A DNA stretch of 64,000 nucleotides from Candidatus Omnitrophota bacterium (GTDB lineage Bacteria; Omnitrophota; Gorgyraeia; Gorgyraeales; Gorgyraeaceae): the NCBI GenBank assembly GCA_043821705.1, contig JBDRCN010000051.1:28007-92006 (forward strand), given 5' to 3'. Positions 59,228 to 64,000 of this stretch are shown piece after piece. A program made the translations under genes and the position numbers. The notes under the pieces were generated by a model that did no database searches, was not told the DNA's origin, and was given only the letters and a program-made list of their open reading frames with translations. Numbering within the stretch: the first letter of the stretch is position 1; every line of letters begins with the position of its first letter.

Positions 59228-59652
59228 AAGTAGCTATCAGGGACCTGCAGGACAAGGTAAAGATAGATAAAAGAAGGGCGACGAAGCTTACAGAAGCTGT
59301 ATTAAAGAAAATGGGAGAGGGTCTTACAGAAGTGAGCCTGATGTTCGTGGATGATCTTTATATCAGGCGGCTAAACCAAAAATATCTAGGCATTGATTCT
59401 TCTACGGATGTATTGGCTTTTTCCATGAGAGAAGGCGAGGGGCTCTCAGATGCTAGCCCGATATTAGGGGATGTAGTGATATCTACTGAAACTGCAAAAC
59501 GAGAGGCTATTAAAAGAAAAAAGAATGTCCAGGATGAGACAGATCTATACTTAGTCCATGGTTTGCTGCACTTATTGGGATATGATGATAGGACCAAAAA
59601 AGATAAAAAGAAGATGAGGCTTAAAGAAAAAGAACTTATGGAGGAAAGGTGA
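59224..59652 (+). CDS. ybeY: rRNA maturation endoribonuclease YbeY
   Basis: TDVLAF, LGDVVIS, HGLLHLLGYDD. Confidence 0.93.
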   Translation: MKVAIRDLQDKVKIDKRRATKLTEAVLKKMGEGLTEVSLMFVDDLYIRRLNQKYLGIDSSTDVLAFSMREGEGLSDASPILGDVVISTETAKREAIKRKKNVQDETDLYLVHGLLHLLGYDDRTKKDKKKMRLKEKELMEER

Positions 59653-60350
59653 AGCAGGGAAGGTTGGTCGATAGTTTTAATTCAGCTATAGAGGGTTTTA
59701 TATATGTCTTTAAGACCCAGCGCAACATGAGGCTTCATTTCTTAGTAGGGCTTTTGGCAGTCCTCTTAGGAGTGTTCTTGGATCTTTCAAACATTGAAAT
59801 AGTCGTACTCTGTCTTACAATAGCCTTCGTGCTGTTTGCAGAGATGTTGAATACTGCGATCGAGCATACGATCGACCTGATAAAAGATGAATTTCACCCA
59901 TTAGCTAGGATAATAAAAGATATATGTGCAGGCGCAGTGCTCTTAAGCGCAGCAGCATCTCTACTAATAGGCTACATATTGTTTGTGAGCAGAATGGGTT
60001 TTAGGATAGAACAGAATATCCTAAAGATAAGAGAATCAAGTTGGCATATCACATTTATAATCCTTCTTGCAATTTTAGCATTAGTAGTTTTAAGCAAGAT
60101 ATTTCTTCATAGCGGTACTCCTTTTAGAGGGGGTATGCCAAGCGGACATAGTGCAGTAGCATTCTCTATATGGGTAATAATGTCGCTTTTATACCCATAT
60201 AGACTGGTGATCTTTCTTGTGTTCATCTTAGCATTTTTAATAGCTAGAAGCAGGATAAGGGACAAAGTCCATTCTCCGCTAGAAGTCTTTATAGGAGCAG
60301 TTTTAGGCGTGACAGTGACCATCTTTCTTTATCAATTATTAAGGAGTTAG
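59649..60350 (+). CDS. dgkA: Diacylglycerol/undecaprenol kinase (DgkA-type) fused to a PAP2 domain
   Basis: EMLNTAIE..ID, KDICAGAVL; C-terminal GGMPSGHS and SRI...H...EV. Confidence 0.85.
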   Translation: MKQGRLVDSFNSAIEGFIYVFKTQRNMRLHFLVGLLAVLLGVFLDLSNIEIVVLCLTIAFVLFAEMLNTAIEHTIDLIKDEFHPLARIIKDICAGAVLLSAAASLLIGYILFVSRMGFRIEQNILKIRESSWHITFIILLAILALVVLSKIFLHSGTPFRGGMPSGHSAVAFSIWVIMSLLYPYRLVIFLVFILAFLIARSRIRDKVHSPLEVFIGAVLGVTVTIFLYQLLRS

Positions 60351-60352
60351 AT

Positions 60353-61003
60353 ATGTAATCTAAACTAAGGGCAAATTTTTTAACAGGTTCTTTGATAGTC
60401 ATACCAGCAGTGCTTACCTTCTGGGTGTTTTATTTTATTATTCAAAAACTAAATTTTTTATTATTAGACCCTATTGCAGGCTTTCTAAATAGATGGCTGC
60501 CCATAGAGAACATAGAAGTGCTTAGCAAGATAGCAATATTCTTCTTAGTACTTATTCTTTTAGTGCTGATAGGGTTTGCTGCCAGAATAATACTTATCAG
60601 GAACATATTTGGATTTGGTGAAAAGATCCTCTATAGAGTACCTATGATAAGTACTGTCTATAGGACCATAAAAGAGATATCATTAGCGTTTTTTATACAG
60701 AAGAACACTATATTTAAACGAGCAGTATTGATAGAATATCCAAGAAAAGGCCTTTATCAGCTAGGATTTGTAGTATCAGAGCCTATGGGAGAGGTCCAGG
60801 AAAAGACAAAAGAGAATATCATAAATGTATTTGTCCCGACAACCCCAAACCCTACTTCAGGTATGCTGGTCCTCGTGCCTAAGGAAGAAGTTATGTCCTT
60901 AGGCATGTCTATTCCAGAGGCTATGAAGATGATCATTTCAGGAGGAGCTGTATTCCCAAAGAATCACAATGGCTATTCAAAAGACAGAGGCGCTACTGCT
61001 TAA
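60353..61003 (+). CDS. DUF502 membrane protein; in-frame TAA at codon 2 (or restart at TTG 60392)
   Basis: EYPRKG, VFVPTTPNPTSG, IISGG; SD-ATG at 60353 followed by TAA, then in-frame SKLRANFLTG. Confidence 0.8.
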
Positions 61004-61607
61004 AAAAAGGGACCTGAGGGAAACGAGCCTTATCCTGAGTTTTTATACAAGGGATTTTGGTAAGATACATGGTATATTAAAGGGCGCAAGAGGATCCAGG
61101 GCTAGAAATACTACCAAGCCGCTTTTCTTTAGCCTGGATAACGTGGTATTTTATGAAAGCAAAAGAGATATTTTTACAATATCACAGTGCGAGGCTGAGA
61201 AGCTCTTTTTAAATATACTGAAAGATTGGGATAGGCTATCCATCGCGTACTATATATTAGAGTTGGTGGATATGTTTACTGAGCCTGGGGAAAAGGACGA
61301 AGCTATCTTTGAAAGCTTGCTAAAAGCCATAACATCTTTGGATGAAAAAAAAGAGCCCAGGTCCATTGCAAGGCTTTTTGAGATAAATCTTTTAAAATGT
61401 ATCGGGCTTTGGGCTGGCAGCGAAGATAAAAATGTCTCAAAAGGAGCAATGTCCACGCTTCTCTGCTATGAGAACGAGTCTTGGCTTACATCAGCAAAGA
61501 TAAAATTGAGCCGTGACATTGAAAAAGAGATAAGCACGATCACTAAGGAGATAATAACGAATAATATTCATAGGCCACTTAAAACCCTAAAGATGATAGA
61601 GGGGTAA
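60969..61607 (+). CDS. recO: DNA repair protein RecO
   Basis: RETSLILSFYTRDFGKI..ILKGAR; position before glyQ. Confidence 0.85.
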   Translation: MAIQKTEALLLKKRDLRETSLILSFYTRDFGKIHGILKGARGSRARNTTKPLFFSLDNVVFYESKRDIFTISQCEAEKLFLNILKDWDRLSIAYYILELVDMFTEPGEKDEAIFESLLKAITSLDEKKEPRSIARLFEINLLKCIGLWAGSEDKNVSKGAMSTLLCYENESWLTSAKIKLSRDIEKEISTITKEIITNNIHRPLKTLKMIEG

Positions 61608-61611
61608 TGTC

Positions 61612-62472
61612 ATGAAAAAACTTTCCTTTATTGATGTAGTAGATAAGCTAAATGATTTTTGGAAGAAAAAAGGATGCGTGCTTTTGGAAGGCCTTGATAC
61701 TGAGGTAGGTGCTGGCACGTTTCATCCAGCAACATTTTTTAAATCCCTTGGAACTGATAAGTGGAGGACAGCTTATGTGCAGGCCTCTAGGCGTCCGACA
61801 GACGGGAGATATGCTGATAATCCTTTAAGAATGCAGTATTATTACCAATATCAGGTCCTTATCAAACCAAGCCCTAGAGATATTAAAAATATATATTTGG
61901 ATAGCTTGAAGGCATTGGGCGTAGACATAGATAAACATGAGATAAGATTTGTTGAAGATGACTGGGAATCCCCGACATTAGGAGCTTCTGGCTTAGGATG
62001 GGAAGTATGGTTGGATAGCCTAGAGATAACGCAGTTTACATATTTTCAAGCTATAGGAGGCATAGAACTAGACTTTGTTCCCTGTGAGATAACTTATGGT
62101 CTTGAACGTATATGTATGTTCATCCAGAAAAAGTTTAACATATACGACCTTGATTGGCAGTCGGAGTCAAAGCCAAGATTTAGTTATGGGGACCTGCATA
62201 AAGAGCAAGAGATACAGGGCTCTAGATATAATTTCGAAGAAGCAAACATTGACATGTATCTTAATCTTTTTGAGTCTTTTGAAAAAGAAGCAAAGGCGCT
62301 TTTAGCCAAGGACCTTCTTTACCCAGCATATAGCTTTGTATTAAAAGCATCGCATGCATTTAATGTGCTTGATGCAAGGGGTGCTGTCAGTCAAAGCGAA
62401 AGGCCGCGCTATATAGGAAGGATCAGGTCCCTTGCTAAAAAATGTGCTGAAAATTATTTAAACAAATTATGA
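61612..62472 (+). CDS. glyQ: Glycine--tRNA ligase alpha subunit
   Basis: EVGAGTFHPATF, DDWESPTLGA.GLGWEVW, EITYGLER. Confidence 0.98.
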   Translation: MKKLSFIDVVDKLNDFWKKKGCVLLEGLDTEVGAGTFHPATFFKSLGTDKWRTAYVQASRRPTDGRYADNPLRMQYYYQYQVLIKPSPRDIKNIYLDSLKALGVDIDKHEIRFVEDDWESPTLGASGLGWEVWLDSLEITQFTYFQAIGGIELDFVPCEITYGLERICMFIQKKFNIYDLDWQSESKPRFSYGDLHKEQEIQGSRYNFEEANIDMYLNLFESFEKEAKALLAKDLLYPAYSFVLKASHAFNVLDARGAVSQSERPRYIGRIRSLAKKCAENYLNKL

Positions 62473-64000
62473 AAAGATTCCTACTAGAGATCATTACTGA
62501 AGAGCTTCCTGCTAGCTATGTAGTACCAGCCTTAGAAAGCATGAAAGCTAGTTTTATGAAAGAATTTGAGAGATTCTCTATAGATAATGATCCTGCAAGC
62601 ATCATAGGGGACTTAGGCACCAAGAATAACTTATCTTTTAGCATAGAACTTGCTGTTAAACAAAAAGAAGCCCAGGAAGAGATATTAGGCCCGCCCAAGA
62701 GGATCGCATTTGATGATTCTGGAAAATTTACCAAGCAGGCACTGGGATTCGCAAATAAATTAGGAGTAAGGCCAGATGACCTAAAAATAAAAAACACCCC
62801 AAGGGGTGAGTATATAGTAGTAGAGAAGAAAGAAAAAGCCCGCAACACGAAAGACATCTTAAAAGAGATCATACCTAATATAATAAAGAATCTACATTTT
62901 CCAAAGACCATGAAGTGGGATGATTCTGGAGTGAGATTTGCTCGTCCAATAGAATCGATCGTGGTCTTGTTTGGCAGTGAAAATGTTTCTGTGAAAATAG
63001 GGGATATTCCTCAATCAAAAAAGCCAGCCAAGAGGAACTGCATCGCTAATATTTCCAAGAGAAAAGAAAAGATATCAAAAGAGATAGAAAAGTGCCTTTT
63101 AAAATTAAAAGCGGACATGGCCATAGATCAGGCCCTTTTAAAAGAAGTGAATTTTTTAGTGAATTCTCCAAAAGTCTTCACAGGGGAGTTCAGTAAAAAG
63201 TTTTTGGAGTTGCCTCAGGATGTTCTTAGGGCGAGTATGGCAAAACACCAGAGGATATTTCCGGTGTTGAAAAAAGGAAAACTCATAAATAAATTCATCG
63301 CAGTAATAGAAGATGGAAAAAAACGTGATCTAAACGCAATAAAAAGAAACTATGAATTTATTTTGGAAGCAAAATTAAAAGATTCACTCTTTTTCTTCGT
63401 CGAGGATGCTAAAAAACTTCTTATTGATAAGAAGACCCAATTAAAAGACTTGATTTTTCAAAAAGGATTAGGTAATATGTTCGAAAAAACAGAACGCCTG
63501 AAGAATATCTCTTTATTTATCTCCAGCGAAATAGGCCTGGAGGGTTCTTTGAAAAAAAATATTACTAGAGCAGCGGATATCTGTAAAGTAGACCTAGTCA
63601 CTCATATGGTAGGAGAATTTCCAAGTCTTCAGGGAATAATGGGCAGTGTTTATGCCCTTAAAGATAAGGAGAAAAAAGAAGTCTCCTTAGCTATAAGAGA
63701 CCATTACCTGCCTCAAGGTGCGGATGACAGTTTGCCGTCTACTCTAGAAGGATCCATCTTAGCGCTGAGCGACAAGATGGATAATATAGTAGGTTTTTTG
63801 GGAATGGCTATAAAAAACATCAGCGGGAGCTTTGATCCTTATGGAGTAAGAAGGAACTCCCTGGGTATTATAAAGATCTTAAAAGAAAAATCCATCAATA
63901 TCGACCTGGAAAAGCTGCTTGATAAGTCAATAGAACTTTACGGAGACAAATTAAGAGTTGAGACATCAGAATTCAAGAAACAGGTCTTAGATTATCTCAA
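62469..64000 (+). CDS. glyS: Glycine--tRNA ligase beta subunit (3' partial)
   Basis: MKRFLLEIITEELPA, FPKTMKW..VRFARPI, DLVTHMVGEFPSLQGIMG, DPYGVRR; runs off the window end. Confidence 0.95.
   Translation, partial: MKRFLLEIITEELPASYVVPALESMKASFMKEFERFSIDNDPASIIGDLGTKNNLSFSIELAVKQKEAQEEILGPPKRIAFDDSGKFTKQALGFANKLGVRPDDLKIKNTPRGEYIVVEKKEKARNTKDILKEIIPNIIKNLHFPKTMKWDDSGVRFARPIESIVVLFGSENVSVKIGDIPQSKKPAKRNCIANISKRKEKISKEIEKCLLKLKADMAIDQALLKEVNFLVNSPKVFTGEFSKKFLELPQDVLRASMAKHQRIFPVLKKGKLINKFIAVIEDGKKRDLNAIKRNYEFILEAKLKDSLFFFVEDAKKLLIDKKTQLKDLIFQKGLGNMFEKTERLKNISLFISSEIGLEGSLKKNITRAADICKVDLVTHMVGEFPSLQGIMGSVYALKDKEKKEVSLAIRDHYLPQGADDSLPSTLEGSILALSDKMDNIVGFLGMAIKNISGSFDPYGVRRNSLGIIKILKEKSINIDLEKLLDKSIELYGDKLRVETSEFKKQVLDYL

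Overview
AT-rich bacterial chromosomal window using the standard genetic code. Gene content (GuaB3-type IMPDH homolog, TonB/BtuB, compact housekeeping proteins) fits a small-genome diderm such as Ca. Omnitrophota/PVC; this is inference only. The most notable part is 1.8-10.7 kb, an apparently uncharacterised RiPP-type biosynthetic cluster sitting between surface-glycan genes. It encodes a nucleotidyltransferase, a radical SAM/SPASM enzyme fused to an HPr-kinase-like P-loop domain, two tandem Cys-rich precursor peptides with a shared leader (copy 2 has an in-frame TAG at the conserved Trp), two more rSAM/SPASM paralogs, a PqqD/RRE protein, an S24/S26 Ser-His peptidase and an ABC exporter. The rest is mostly core genes: rpsO-pnp-uppP-ftsK-rodZ-rimO-pgsA-pgpA, an inverted cinA-thpR pair, a REP-flanked RAYT transposase, recA, alaS, hisD, lipBA plus a free lipoyl domain, lipid glycosyl/acyltransferases, a B12 uptake locus with a cobalamin riboswitch, CIRCE-groESL, a MoxR operon, guaB3, dnaE, HU, hisS, aspS, phoH-pgpH-ybeY-dgkA, recO and glyQS. 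Intergenic DNA carries several families of palindromic or structured repeats, including an ~87-nt element present twice with compensatory base changes. All calls are by eye; no searches were run.
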